64,000 bases of DNA, taken from positions 224,001 through 288,000 of the forward strand of contig JAVLKG010000005.1 of NCBI GenBank assembly GCA_032128875.1, written 5' to 3'. The notes under the pieces are model-generated. The model was given only the letters and a program-made list of their open reading frames with translations. It was not told the DNA's origin and made no database searches. Below, piece after piece: positions 48,810-58,773 of this stretch (the first letter of the stretch is position 1; each line of letters opens with the position of its first letter). The stretch is from Candidatus Melainabacteria bacterium 17Bon1m (GTDB lineage: Bacteria > Cyanobacteriota > Vampirovibrionia > Obscuribacterales > Obscuribacteraceae). The translations under genes and the position numbers were made by a program.

Positions 48810-50078
48810 TTAATTGCTGTGGGAATCTGTAAGTCTCGCTGCTTCGGAATTTGCCACCGGCGCCTTCTTCCAGACATAGACAAACAGCGCTGTTGAGAGC
48901 GAAAGAAGCAGAAAGAACCAGGGATTGAACTGCCCACCGTTGAGCAAGTAATTGTGCTGAATTTCGATTGATACCGGAAGCACAAAAACAATCGTGCCTA
49001 GCATGACTGCAAGTTTCCATACCTGTCCAAAAGGTAAAAGGGAATCATTGAAAATCATAATGATTGTTGGGACCAGCAGCAAAAGATCATAGGTGTGGCA
49101 ATGCATGGAAGCAACGAGTGCCAGCGGCATGAAACCAAGAGCCCCTAGACGTAGAGCGTTTTCATGGTGACGGTATTTCCAGCCAACGAAAACACCGAGC
49201 GCGATGGTCGCAAGATAAAGAGCCGAAGTCACAGTGAAAATTGTTGGTGCTGCGTCCGGAAATAGCCTCAGCAATTGTCCACGCACCGTTGGATTTAGCT
49301 CCGGCTGCATGTAAGGAACGCTGCTCGGCGCACTAACCAATGCCATGTAATTTGATAAGCCAGTCGTCCCCATTTGAAAGAATGCGATAGCACTCAAAAC
49401 AGCGAAAACTATCAAGCAAACTATCAAGGCCTTAAAGCGTTTTGCGCCTGCTAAGTATGCGAGAAAGGGCAGCAGCTGTTGCGGTTTGAGAACGAAGAAG
49501 GCGAGGAACAAACCGGCGCCGATATCTTGTTTTTTCTCGAGACAGTAAATTGCACCCATGTACGAAAGTAGAAGCATTGGAGCAAGCTGATCAATGCGCA
49601 GAGAATTGTAAGCAGCATCAGAAAGCCCGACTGCCGCCAACAAGTAGCATGTTTGCTTGTAGCCAAGATTGAATGTTTTCTTCATTACGAAAATAGCGGC
49701 CGCTAGACAACCGGCAAGCAAGAATTTCCACACGTAACGCATAACCTCGGGTGGCACAAAAGCAATGGGCGTCAGCAATGCCAAACCCTGTGGTGGGACG
49801 AACAGCGGGACAATGCGCTGTCCCATAGATGGATAGAGCCGGTGTTGTGCTTCTTCCAAACCCTTGAGCGTGTATCCGTCTGCGCCACGACCTTCGAGGA
49901 TCAATTTTGCCGGTGCGTAGTATTCAGGCAAATCGCTAATGCCGCCAAAAGCCGGCAGAGACAAATAGATAAGTGTGCATAGGGCACCAACGCCAATCAC
50001 CGCAAAAATCGTCGCGATGATGTTTTCTATCAGCGCGATTTTCCTAGCCTTTTCAGGATTGTCTTCGTTGGTTGTCAA
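48810..50078 (-). CDS. GT87/DUF2029-like glycosyltransferase
   Basis: SDLPEYY, FVPP, DQ, LKPQ, HCHTYD; multiple TMs. Confidence 0.8.
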   Translation of the reverse strand: MTTNEDNPEKARKIALIENIIATIFAVIGVGALCTLIYLSLPAFGGISDLPEYYAPAKLILEGRGADGYTLKGLEEAQHRLYPSMGQRIVPLFVPPQGLALLTPIAFVPPEVMRYVWKFLLAGCLAAAIFVMKKTFNLGYKQTCYLLAAVGLSDAAYNSLRIDQLAPMLLLSYMGAIYCLEKKQDIGAGLFLAFFVLKPQQLLPFLAYLAGAKRFKALIVCLIVFAVLSAIAFFQMGTTGLSNYMALVSAPSSVPYMQPELNPTVRGQLLRLFPDAAPTIFTVTSALYLATIALGVFVGWKYRHHENALRLGALGFMPLALVASMHCHTYDLLLLVPTIIMIFNDSLLPFGQVWKLAVMLGTIVFVLPVSIEIQHNYLLNGGQFNPWFFLLLSLSTALFVYVWKKAPVANSEAARLTDSHSN

Positions 50079-50149
50079 TTTGATGCCTGCCTGCCTCGCC
50101 TTCAGAGCTTAGCGCAGAAACCCCACCAGCGCGGTGCTGAGGGGCAGAA

Positions 50150-50206
50150 TAGTCCGAAAATGGATCTAGTGAATTAGTCCGAAAAATTTCAAATTTTTCG
50201 GACTAA
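50150..50206. repeat. Perfect 16-bp inverted repeat plus an extra direct half-site
   Basis: TTAGTCCGAAAAATTT-C-AAATTTTTCGGACTAA (50174-50206) and TAGTCCGAAAA (50150-50160). Confidence 0.85.
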
Positions 50207-50444
50207 AACTATTGAGGTGGCAGCCAGACCCACACGGGGCGGCTGTCAAGTGGGCGCGGTGAATGTTAGGAAAATAAAGAGTTTGTTTTGCGTACGTGAA
50301 CTCGATTGCTTCAAGAACAGCTGGCAAGAGGAAGAAAAAACAGCCGGGATGCTAGGATGAAACCTTTTAGATTCGGGTCTTGGCGGCGCAAGCGCAAACC
50401 ACTTTGCGACCACAAACCTCGGCACTCAGGAAAAGTTTTTAGCT

Positions 50445-51146
50445 GTGAAAAAGCTCTCGATTCTCATACCTGTCTATAACGAGCTTGGCACTTTGGTTCA
50501 GGTGCTCGATCGAGTCATTAAGGCAGAGACTCAGGGATTGGAGAAAGAGCTAGTAATAGTTGACGATGGCTCTACCGATGGAACCCGCGACATTCTCTCG
50601 ACGCTAGACGCTCGCGAATACAACGCCAAGATTTACTTCCATGATAAGAATCAAGGAAAGGGCGCCGCTCTAAGGACAGCGCTGCAGAATGCCACTGGTG
50701 ACGTCATCCTTATTCAAGACGCTGATTTAGAATATGACCCGCGCGAATACAATGAGCTGCTCAAGCCGATTTTGGAAGATCACGCGGATGTCGTCTACGG
50801 ATCACGATTATCCGGCGGAAAGCCCACGCGCGCTTTCAAAATCACACATTTGCTCGGCAACAAATTTCTGAGTTTTTTGACTAACGTCTTGTACGACTGC
50901 ACTTTGACCGACATGGAGACATGCTACAAGGTCTTCAAAGCCGAGTACATCAAGAAAGTGCAGATTCGCTCCAACCGTTTCGATTTCGAGCCTGAAATCA
51001 CCGCCAAAGTGCTGAAACAGAAAGTCAGACTAATTGAATTGCCAATCTCTTACTTTGGCAGAGACTACGCTGAAGGTAAGAAAATCACCTGGAAAGACGG
51101 CTTTGCCGCCATCTTTGCTCTGGTCAAATTCCGATTTACTGATTAA
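50445..51146 (+). CDS. GT2, polyprenol-phosphate glycosyltransferase (DPM1-like)
   Basis: [37 protein letters not shown]. Confidence 0.93.
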   Translation: MKKLSILIPVYNELGTLVQVLDRVIKAETQGLEKELVIVDDGSTDGTRDILSTLDAREYNAKIYFHDKNQGKGAALRTALQNATGDVILIQDADLEYDPREYNELLKPILEDHADVVYGSRLSGGKPTRAFKITHLLGNKFLSFLTNVLYDCTLTDMETCYKVFKAEYIKKVQIRSNRFDFEPEITAKVLKQKVRLIELPISYFGRDYAEGKKITWKDGFAAIFALVKFRFTD

Positions 51147-51244
51147 TGCTTGGTTGATCTTGCTATTCGTGGTGTCGGGTTTTCCCTGGCACGTTAACCG
51201 TTCCGGCCTGCAATGATTGTCGAAGATACAATCGAAGGCTAGGC

Positions 51245-51874
51245 ATGGCGTTTTCCATTGGACCAGAAACCATTCGTTTTTACTCGTTCCAGTGGCTGTT
51301 TGTCGCTTGGGCATTTGCTGCCATATATAGGGGAAGCGCTGGAGGCGATTTAGTTTCTCCAATGCACATTCGTTTCCAAAGTGCATTCGCTGACGGATTG
51401 GTTTGGTTGGCATCCTATGCTGGAATTTCAGTTGCACTCATTTCCGCTTTAGTTTCAACACTCACAAGGTGTCGTGAAGAGCTGCCCCCATTGATGTTTT
51501 TGTCCGCGTGTATTGAGCTAAACATGCTCATTTTGTTCTGGATATTTTTCTTTATAGTTGGATGTGGGGACGGACAAGTTGCCGCGTTGTTGGAAGGGGG
51601 TAATTCCAAGAAGTCAATCATGTGTTCGCTTGAGCTGAAGGATGGTTCTGCGATTGCATATGAGGTCATTGAAACGCCACCAATGACTTCCAATGAGTTT
51701 TTGCTTGTGCGTAGAAAGAGCCTTTTATTCGGGCTAGAACGAGAACAGCAAATTTTTCGCAATAGCGGCTACTCGGAAGCCAGGCTAGAGTTGTCTAAGA
51801 ACAAGCTAGTTTTGTATCGGGACCTAGAGCGAAATGAGTTTGACCTTGAGCAAATCCTAAAGCAGGGACTATAG
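51245..51874 (+). CDS. Hypothetical membrane protein
   Basis: Three hydrophobic segments plus a soluble C-terminus; start uncertain. Confidence 0.5.
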   Translation: MAFSIGPETIRFYSFQWLFVAWAFAAIYRGSAGGDLVSPMHIRFQSAFADGLVWLASYAGISVALISALVSTLTRCREELPPLMFLSACIELNMLILFWIFFFIVGCGDGQVAALLEGGNSKKSIMCSLELKDGSAIAYEVIETPPMTSNEFLLVRRKSLLFGLEREQQIFRNSGYSEARLELSKNKLVLYRDLERNEFDLEQILKQGL

Positions 51875-51887
51875 TGCTCTTGCACAG

Positions 51888-52178
51888 CTAAGCTGATTCG
51901 TCCTTCTTTTCTAATTTGCTTACTCTGCGCTCAATTCTGGCTATGCGATTTTCCAAGACAGCGTTTGCCTCTTCGCTACGCAGAAGAAACGATGTAATGC
52001 CGTTGAGCTTTAGCGAAACTTCCTTTGCTGACTTGTTTATGCTGACAGTTAGAGCGTCTACCTTGGCGTTGTTTTCATCAAGCCTAGAGTTTGTGCCATC
52101 GAGCTTTTCTCCAAGCTTGGAGAAACCGCTGCGCATCTCGCTTCTCAGCATTTCAATCAATTCTGAATCGTTAGCCAT
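51888..52178 (-). CDS. Small coiled-coil protein
   Basis: GGAGGGG RBS; heptad pattern LENRIARIERRVSKLE. Confidence 0.6.
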   Translation of the reverse strand: MANDSELIEMLRSEMRSGFSKLGEKLDGTNSRLDENNAKVDALTVSINKSAKEVSLKLNGITSFLLRSEEANAVLENRIARIERRVSKLEKKDESA

Positions 52179-52357
52179 GACTGCCCCTCCAATACCTACA
52201 TTATTTGAGACGGAAGTTTTGTGTCAAGAGTTCAAAAATCTGAGAACGTGGATGTCGGATTTAATCTTGCGCTTGCAAGTAGGTGTTCAGGACTTTTTCA
52301 GCAGACGGGGGCGAAACTGAATTCATTACGACCCGCCCCATTCGTAGAAAAATTACT

Positions 52358-53035
52358 ATGCCAAAGATTCTTCTCGTCGACGACGATGTGCGTTTAGCTG
52401 AGCAAATTTGCGAGTATTTACAGTTAGAAAATTACGTCGTGGAGCTCGCTCATGATGGTGCAGATGCATTGCAGCTACTTGATGGGTTTCAGTTTGACCT
52501 GGTTATTCTTGATTGGGATTTGCCTGACACAAGCGGTTTAGCGATTTGCAAAAAGTTTCGTGCAGCAGGTGGAAAGACTCCGATCATATTTCTGACCGGT
52601 AAAGATTCCGTCGAGAATAAAGCAGATGGTCTGAACGAAGGCGCTGATGATTACATGACCAAACCGTTCCATCCGCGTGAGCTGAGTGCCAGACTCAAAG
52701 CCTGTTTGCGACGCCCCCCGGTGTATCATTTTGACACTTTCGTCGCGGGAGATTTGCTGCTGGAGCAGAAGCAGCGTCGCCTGACGAAGTCCGGAAAGGA
52801 CGTTCATTTGCGCCCGAAAGAGTATGCGATTCTGGAATACCTGATGCGCCACCCGAATCAGTATTTCACTTCCAGGCAACTCATCGAGAATATCTGGGAT
52901 TCGGATAGCGAAACTTCGGAAGACACCGTCAGGACTTCAATCAAGACTCTTCGCAAAAAGATCGCTGACGACGCAGAAGACTGCGCCCTCAAGACTTCCA
53001 TCGGCTATGGCTACATTTTTGAAGTTCGAAACTAA
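52358..53035 (+). CDS. OmpR-family response regulator
   Basis: LVDDD, LDWDLP, GADDYMTKPF, winged helix with IGYGY. Confidence 0.95.
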   Translation: MPKILLVDDDVRLAEQICEYLQLENYVVELAHDGADALQLLDGFQFDLVILDWDLPDTSGLAICKKFRAAGGKTPIIFLTGKDSVENKADGLNEGADDYMTKPFHPRELSARLKACLRRPPVYHFDTFVAGDLLLEQKQRRLTKSGKDVHLRPKEYAILEYLMRHPNQYFTSRQLIENIWDSDSETSEDTVRTSIKTLRKKIADDAEDCALKTSIGYGYIFEVRN

Positions 53036-53066
53036 TTTTGGTGCGTTCTCACTTCTATTCAACTAT

Positions 53067-53663
53067 TTACCGATAGCAGATCCCAATGGCGAACCCAGCG
53101 AACGCCCAGATTCCGAGAAGCATAGCGGCTAAAAGTGCAATTCTCCCCCGCTTCAGAAAAAGTCCGGAAGCAAGAATCAGGCACGAGGCGAAAGTTGCAA
53201 TTTCGAGTATGTGATAATTCGGAATCGGATTCTTCGGCGGAGACGGAAAAGAGGCCGGCACTCCAAATCTAACGTCCACCGGTGCTCCAACAAGACCTTG
53301 CGCCTGGGCGCTCGAAATTAAACCGACCCAGGCCAGCATAGCAATGATGCTGCACGCCACTTTTTTCATTCGGTCGCGAACTTTTCGCAAGCCGACAGGG
53401 CAATCGTCTGTTATGACAGTTCCATCAAATCGCCTGTAGAGCTTCATGCAGGCTTGCCCATCGCTTTCTCGTATCAGGTTTGCAATTTGCTTCTTTGACA
53501 TGACTGAGGTGTTGTACACGCTTAAACTGCATTGTCCGCAGAAGCGTTTGCATTCGTCGCCTTCCATCGAATCCCACGGAACATCGCAGGAGGATGCGAT
53601 ATAGATGCGCTTCACAAGCTCATCGTCGGGAATGTTCAAATCAATTTTGATTTTGCTTTTCAT
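53067..53663 (-). CDS. Cys-rich N-domain membrane protein, paralog B
   Basis: IASSCDVPWDSMEGD..RFCGQC..VYN..C..RRFDGT.IT.DCPVG. Confidence 0.75.
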   Translation of the reverse strand: MKSKIKIDLNIPDDELVKRIYIASSCDVPWDSMEGDECKRFCGQCSLSVYNTSVMSKKQIANLIRESDGQACMKLYRRFDGTVITDDCPVGLRKVRDRMKKVACSIIAMLAWVGLISSAQAQGLVGAPVDVRFGVPASFPSPPKNPIPNYHILEIATFASCLILASGLFLKRGRIALLAAMLLGIWAFAGFAIGICYR

Positions 53664-53678
53664 TGCAAAACACCACTC

Positions 53679-54311
53679 TTAGAACGGCGGGATGAAACCC
53701 CAGTTTCTTGCGCCGTACATGAGACCAATTACGAAACCAGCGAAGCCCCAGATTGCGAGCAGCATCAGACCAATCGTAGATGGTCGCGTTTTTTTGAGTA
53801 ACGTCAGCACTAGAAGTCCGACCGAAGATAGAACACCTGCTGAATTGATAAGAAAGCCGTACTGGTCCATGAATGACGATTTCACATTGACAGTCGAGAT
53901 CGCCCCGACCATCATTGTCACGGTTTCCTTGCCCTGAGGCTCCACCGCAGTGTCGCATGCTTGCGCTTGCGCACTGAAAAATGCCGTCAACGCCACTTGT
54001 GCCGCAACCGCAGCTGCTACTTTGCGCATGCGGTCCCTGATTTTTCGCAATCCCACGGGGCAATTGTTCGTAATGATGGTTCCATCCGCTCGTCGGAAAA
54101 GCTTCACACAAGCGCGCCCTCCATTCCTTCGAATGAGCGATGCGGCCTCAGCCGTGGACATCTCGGAGATGTTATAGACATTGAGTTTGCACTGTCCGCA
54201 AAAGCGCGTGCGTTCGTCGCCAGTCATCGCATCCCAATCGGCAGGGCAGGGCGAGGCAATCTTGATTTTGCTCAAGAGTTGCGCATCAGATTTGGGATTC
54301 GATAGAAACAT
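53679..54311 (-). CDS. Cys-rich N-domain membrane protein, paralog A
   Basis: IASPCPADWDAMTGD..RFCGQC..VYN..C..RRADGT.IT.NCPVG; GGAGGGG RBS. Confidence 0.75.
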   Translation of the reverse strand: MFLSNPKSDAQLLSKIKIASPCPADWDAMTGDERTRFCGQCKLNVYNISEMSTAEAASLIRRNGGRACVKLFRRADGTIITNNCPVGLRKIRDRMRKVAAAVAAQVALTAFFSAQAQACDTAVEPQGKETVTMMVGAISTVNVKSSFMDQYGFLINSAGVLSSVGLLVLTLLKKTRPSTIGLMLLAIWGFAGFVIGLMYGARNWGFIPPF

Positions 54312-54555
54312 AAATCCCCTCCGGTTTGGCAGTATGCAAGAAAGGCAGGTCAAAACGCGAAACTAACGCGTCAGTGAACTGTAAGTGAAACGTCTAACTG
54401 GACTCTGTAACTAAGCTAGCTCAATCCACCAGTCGTGTCACTGGTGAAAACCCTGTTAAGGACGTAGGGCGCAACGGACCCCGTCAGTGCTCCGTACCCG
54501 ATAGCGCCACGTGCGGGCTACCTGACCCGCGCGCCACGTGCCGCTTTCCGTAAAT

Positions 54556-54864
54556 CTACTTGCCGATGCGGACAATCATCTCATCGGGACCAGCGAGGTT
54601 CAGACGCTCACGTGCCAGTCGTTCGATACCGTCCGAAGAGCGGTAGCTGGACAGACCCTCTCTAAGCTCTTTGTTGACCTCTTGAGCCTGCGTTTCGCCT
54701 TGCTTCAGGGCAATCTCTTGCTGGTGCAGAAACATCTGGCGCTCGACGCTGCCGTATATCGATCTGCCCGCCTGGTAGATAGCCAATAGCGTCACGAGTC
54801 CGATGAGGACCTCGCGGATCATCTTCTGGCGCTTCTTATGTTCTGGCAAAACTTTCTCAGTCAC
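54556..54864 (-). CDS. Septum formation initiator (FtsB/DivIC-like)
   Basis: Single TM, coiled coil, IERLARERLNLAGPDE. Confidence 0.8.
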   Translation of the reverse strand: MTEKVLPEHKKRQKMIREVLIGLVTLLAIYQAGRSIYGSVERQMFLHQQEIALKQGETQAQEVNKELREGLSSYRSSDGIERLARERLNLAGPDEMIVRIGK

Positions 54865-54992
54865 GGTTTATAGCTCCTGGTTGAAAAGTTTAGCAGCTCA
54901 GTCAAGTGCTTGAAAGGGTATGTAATTTAGGGCAGGTTCTTAAATCGAATTCATGGTTTAGAATTTCCCTGGCACACCACGGGGACCATCTC

Positions 54993-55514
54993 ATGTTTGA
55001 ATTGCAGCCTACTTTGACCGGCGAGCTTATAACACTGAGACCGTTGCGACTCGAAGATTACCCCGGCTTATATATGGCGGCGTCCGACCCACTCATCTGG
55101 GAACAGCACCCAAATTCCGACCGTTACAAGGAAGAGGTCTTCAAAGATTATTTTGACGGTGCACTTAAGTGCGGCGGTGCGTTAGTTATATTAGATGCTC
55201 AAACAGACGAGATCATAGGTTCTTCTCGATATTTCGGACTGGACGAGAATGCAAGCGAAATCGAGATTGGCTGGACGTTTCTAACTACCAATTATTGGGG
55301 TGGAACAGTTAACCGGGAGCTGAAAAAGCTGATGTTGGAGCACGCCTATCAGTTTGTCGATCATGTTCTATTTTTCGTAGGACCAAACAATAAACGCTCC
55401 CGCAAAGCCGTCGAAAAGCTCGGCGCAACCTACGTTGATACCAGATCTCGATTCGGCGGAGAAAGCGTTGTCTACCGACTTTCAAAAGACGAATATGCAG
55501 CTTTGGCGACGTAG
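54993..55514 (+). CDS. RimJ/RimL-type GNAT acetyltransferase
   Basis: LQPTL.G, EIGWTFL..YWGG..N, NKRSRKAVEKLG. Confidence 0.9.
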   Translation: MFELQPTLTGELITLRPLRLEDYPGLYMAASDPLIWEQHPNSDRYKEEVFKDYFDGALKCGGALVILDAQTDEIIGSSRYFGLDENASEIEIGWTFLTTNYWGGTVNRELKKLMLEHAYQFVDHVLFFVGPNNKRSRKAVEKLGATYVDTRSRFGGESVVYRLSKDEYAALAT

Positions 55515-55579
55515 TTTGTGGCGACTTCGATGTATGCTGAATCGTAAGTGACTTCGGCGCTAGATGTGCGCACCGGCTC

Positions 55580-57049
55580 TTAATGGCTCGCTGCACCTGT
55601 TGTCGCAGGAGCGTTGAGTTCCTTCAAAATGGTCTCTGCCTGTTTTTTGAAATCTGCCATTATTTTCTCAATCCGCTCAATGTCAGGCGCTTCGTAGCTT
55701 ACTCGAAGTATCGGTTCTGTTCCTGATGGACGGATCAATACGAATGTGAAATCGTCAAGATACAGCTTCAAACCATCTGACCGCCCCACATTGACCACTT
55801 TCTCGCCGGCAATCATGTCCGGCGGTATCTTCTTCAAATGTTCCATCAACGCTTTCTGAGTGGAGGCAGTGAGGTGCATGTCTGCTCTTTTGGCGACGAA
55901 GTCAGACCCAACCTCTGCGACCAGTTCTTCCCAAATTTTGGAGAGCGGTTTTTTCTCAAACTCCATCATCTCCAGCACTAGCAGGTTGGCGAGAATACCG
56001 TCTTTCTCGGGGATGTGACCTTTGACGGAAACACCACCAGACTCTTCACCGCCAATGAGAATGTCTTTTAGCCGCATCTGTTCGCCGATGTACTTGAATC
56101 CTACAGGCGTTTCAATCACTTCAAGTCCGTACAGCTTCGCCATTTTGTCGAGCAAATGAGTAGTCCCGACCGTGCGGACAATGGCACCTTTGATGCCGCG
56201 GTTCTTGACTAAGTGTCGCGTAAGAAGGCACAGCAACTGGTTTGGCGAAAGGTATGTGCCGTTTTCATCGATGATTGCAAAACGATCTGCATCACCATCG
56301 GTGGCAAGTCCGACGTCTAGTTTTTCCTGTTTCACAAGCGCGATAAGTTCTTTGAGAAACTCTGGCTTGGGTTCCGGCATCCCGCCGCCGAATAGCGGAT
56401 CGCGAAAATCATGCAGCACGGAAAGAGGCAATTGCGCTTCTCTGATCAACGTATCCAAGTAACCGCGGCTCGTGCTGAAGAGTGCATCATAACCAACTCG
56501 AATTTTTGCCGTGCCCAGTTTTTTGATATCTACCAAACGTCTGAGAGCGTCGAGATAAACCGGCATAGGATCGAAGCGTTCGATAGTGACATGTGAGAAC
56601 TCATAATCTTTTGGCAGATCGTTCAGGTGTTTTGCAATTTCATTCGTCGTGTCGTTCGTGGCAGGACCACCAAAATGAGGAATGTACTTAATCCCGCAGT
56701 ACTCCGGCGGGTTGTGGCTTGCGGTAAGTTGGAGCGCACCACAAGTGGTTTCGTTTTGCGCGGCAAAGGCGATACAGGGTGTCGGAACATCGCGCTCCGT
56801 CATTTTTGCTGAAAGACCCATGCTCACAAGGATTTGTCCTGCGCGCTCGGCGAATTTGTCAGCGAGAAAACGCGTATCGTATCCGATCAATATGGGCTTG
56901 GTTTTGGCGGACGCTTCGTCTGTAAGCCCGTACTCTTTTTTGATGTAAGTGCCGACTGCGTAAGCGACGCGCTCAACATTTTCAAAGGTGAACTGATCCG
57001 CGATGATTGCTCTCCAACCATCCGTGCCGAACTTGATTTTTTCGGTCAT
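55580..57049 (-). CDS. Phosphoglucomutase/phosphomannomutase
   Basis: FGTDGWR, TASHNP, DGDADR, GGEESG, RPSGTEP. Confidence 0.95.
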   Translation of the reverse strand: MTEKIKFGTDGWRAIIADQFTFENVERVAYAVGTYIKKEYGLTDEASAKTKPILIGYDTRFLADKFAERAGQILVSMGLSAKMTERDVPTPCIAFAAQNETTCGALQLTASHNPPEYCGIKYIPHFGGPATNDTTNEIAKHLNDLPKDYEFSHVTIERFDPMPVYLDALRRLVDIKKLGTAKIRVGYDALFSTSRGYLDTLIREAQLPLSVLHDFRDPLFGGGMPEPKPEFLKELIALVKQEKLDVGLATDGDADRFAIIDENGTYLSPNQLLCLLTRHLVKNRGIKGAIVRTVGTTHLLDKMAKLYGLEVIETPVGFKYIGEQMRLKDILIGGEESGGVSVKGHIPEKDGILANLLVLEMMEFEKKPLSKIWEELVAEVGSDFVAKRADMHLTASTQKALMEHLKKIPPDMIAGEKVVNVGRSDGLKLYLDDFTFVLIRPSGTEPILRVSYEAPDIERIEKIMADFKKQAETILKELNAPATTGAASH

Positions 57050-57067
57050 CTACTCAACCACATCTAA

Positions 57068-58717
57068 CTAACCACTTCCGGACTTAAGCAATTCGAGGTA
57101 CTCGCGAACTGCTTGCCAGGCTGTTCCTGCTTGCCAGCGGTTGCGGTACTTCTTATCGACGGCGCGGCTGGCAGGTGGCCAGACTCGAGATGGTCTTAGT
57201 TCTTCAATTGCATCTTCCGAGTCGAATTGCACGCAAGAGCCGTCTCTACCGTAAAGTCTAATTTCTTCTTTGACTGCTGCATCGATTGTGGGTTTGTAGC
57301 AGCCAGTCTCTTCATCGAATTCACGACCATCCATGCTTTGGAATCTGGTCACCATGCGAAATCCGTCGTATGCGAATACGGCAGTAATTGCTTTCCACTG
57401 CCCGTCTTCATCCACCATCTGTCTGCGCTCGACATGCAGTCCGCGCGCCAAGTCGATGCTCCAAAACTGTCCGTCTTTTCTAACGATCGACAATCTGCCG
57501 ACGCGATCAATCGCCATCGACTCACCAGCCGCACGCACGCGACCTTCAGGATCGTGTACGACGACTCCTTGTTTGTCAGATTCGCCATAAGCTTGAATGT
57601 TTCCGGCCTTATCCGTGCGCACAAAGAAGCGAAGGTGACCTTGTTCGTCGTACCGCGTACGCAGCACTGGACCCAGCGGCGAACGGACTTCGATGACTCT
57701 ACCTAGCGAGTCTTTGATGATTGTTGCGCCGTTTTCCATCGACTCCATTCGTCTGCCTGCGGGCAGCATCTGGAGTGTTGGTCTTTCGTCGGTCGTATTG
57801 CGCGACAGTGCGGGGCGAGTATCCGCAAGGTAATTGCTTTCTGAAAGGGACTGGGGCTTTGGCTGCAGTCCGAGTTCTTCGTGTCTTTCAGTAAGAGTTC
57901 TAGAATTGGGATTTGTTTGCGCTGAAGCGAGCAGTTGTTCTGCTGTTTCTGCGTGCTGCACAGCCGATGTCAAATTGCCCAGCAAGCGCTGCGTGGCCAA
58001 TGCCAGAGGCGACTCTTTTGCCGTATTTTCTTCGCTTTCGTTTGCGTAGAGCGAGACAGTCTGAATCTCGTCGAGCGAGCAGGCTATCATGTCGTCTTCG
58101 TCATCATCTGTGGTGGCATACTCGGAGCGACCCGTATTGAGCCACGAATTCAACATCTCATAACTGGTCGATGCAGGCACGAGTTCGACCGGAGGGCGTG
58201 CGCAAGGAACATACTCGGGCAGAGCGCACTTCGGCATTGCCTTCTCCGGAATAGAACCAGCCTCTAGCGTCAACAGATCGGCAAGACCTTGCAGCGCGCT
58301 TTCAGCCAAGCCAAAGTTGCGATTTTTCGCGAGGGGCTGGGTTTTTGGCTGTGGGGAAAAGCTGGTCGACCACTCGTCGGCGACAGTTTTAGGACGCTGC
58401 GGGACAATAACGGAAGGAATCGTATTGGTGGCGAAAGTCGGAAGGCGCTCAGGCTCGATGACCTCGCGTTCGAAGTCGCTTGCAGCAGCTGAGAGGTACT
58501 CCAGCAGCATTTTTGGCTCGGTACATTCAGGTGCCTGTGCCAGGCGCACGCGCTTGCCGGTTGTAGGCGCGCTAGGCGGCTTCATGACAGAAGCTCCGGC
58601 GCCAGAATGCAGGTTTGAATTGCCAGGATTTTTCAGCTGATGAGAAGCGAAGCGTCCTTTTGAACGCCCCATCGCTCTGAGTTGGTGGCGAGGAAAGCCT
58701 GTTAACTCCATACTCAA
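57068..58717 (-). CDS. Hypothetical protein, disordered N-terminus plus YD-like beta-repeat C-terminus
   Basis: KDSLGRVIEV, RYDEQGHL, HDPEGRV, IDRVGRL. Confidence 0.6.
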   Translation of the reverse strand: MSMELTGFPRHQLRAMGRSKGRFASHQLKNPGNSNLHSGAGASVMKPPSAPTTGKRVRLAQAPECTEPKMLLEYLSAAASDFEREVIEPERLPTFATNTIPSVIVPQRPKTVADEWSTSFSPQPKTQPLAKNRNFGLAESALQGLADLLTLEAGSIPEKAMPKCALPEYVPCARPPVELVPASTSYEMLNSWLNTGRSEYATTDDDEDDMIACSLDEIQTVSLYANESEENTAKESPLALATQRLLGNLTSAVQHAETAEQLLASAQTNPNSRTLTERHEELGLQPKPQSLSESNYLADTRPALSRNTTDERPTLQMLPAGRRMESMENGATIIKDSLGRVIEVRSPLGPVLRTRYDEQGHLRFFVRTDKAGNIQAYGESDKQGVVVHDPEGRVRAAGESMAIDRVGRLSIVRKDGQFWSIDLARGLHVERRQMVDEDGQWKAITAVFAYDGFRMVTRFQSMDGREFDEETGCYKPTIDAAVKEEIRLYGRDGSCVQFDSEDAIEELRPSRVWPPASRAVDKKYRNRWQAGTAWQAVREYLELLKSGSG

Positions 58718-58773
58718 CGCCCTTGCTGAGGCCTACATGGTACTTTATAAACTGGAAAAATATATATTAACGC

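Noticed and set aside
50219-50254. Possible pseudoknot (GGCAGCC/GGCTGTC with CCCAC/GTGGG) and a minus-strand TTGACA
   Set aside because: Short pairings are plausible by chance, and no -10 box lies at the right spacing.
54460-54500. Resemblance to SRP RNA or the c-di-AMP riboswitch (GCGCAACGGA, CCCGTCAG)
   Set aside because: Lacks the SRP GGAAGGAAGCAGC helix and the ydaO GCTGAA and GGGGTGAAT motifs.
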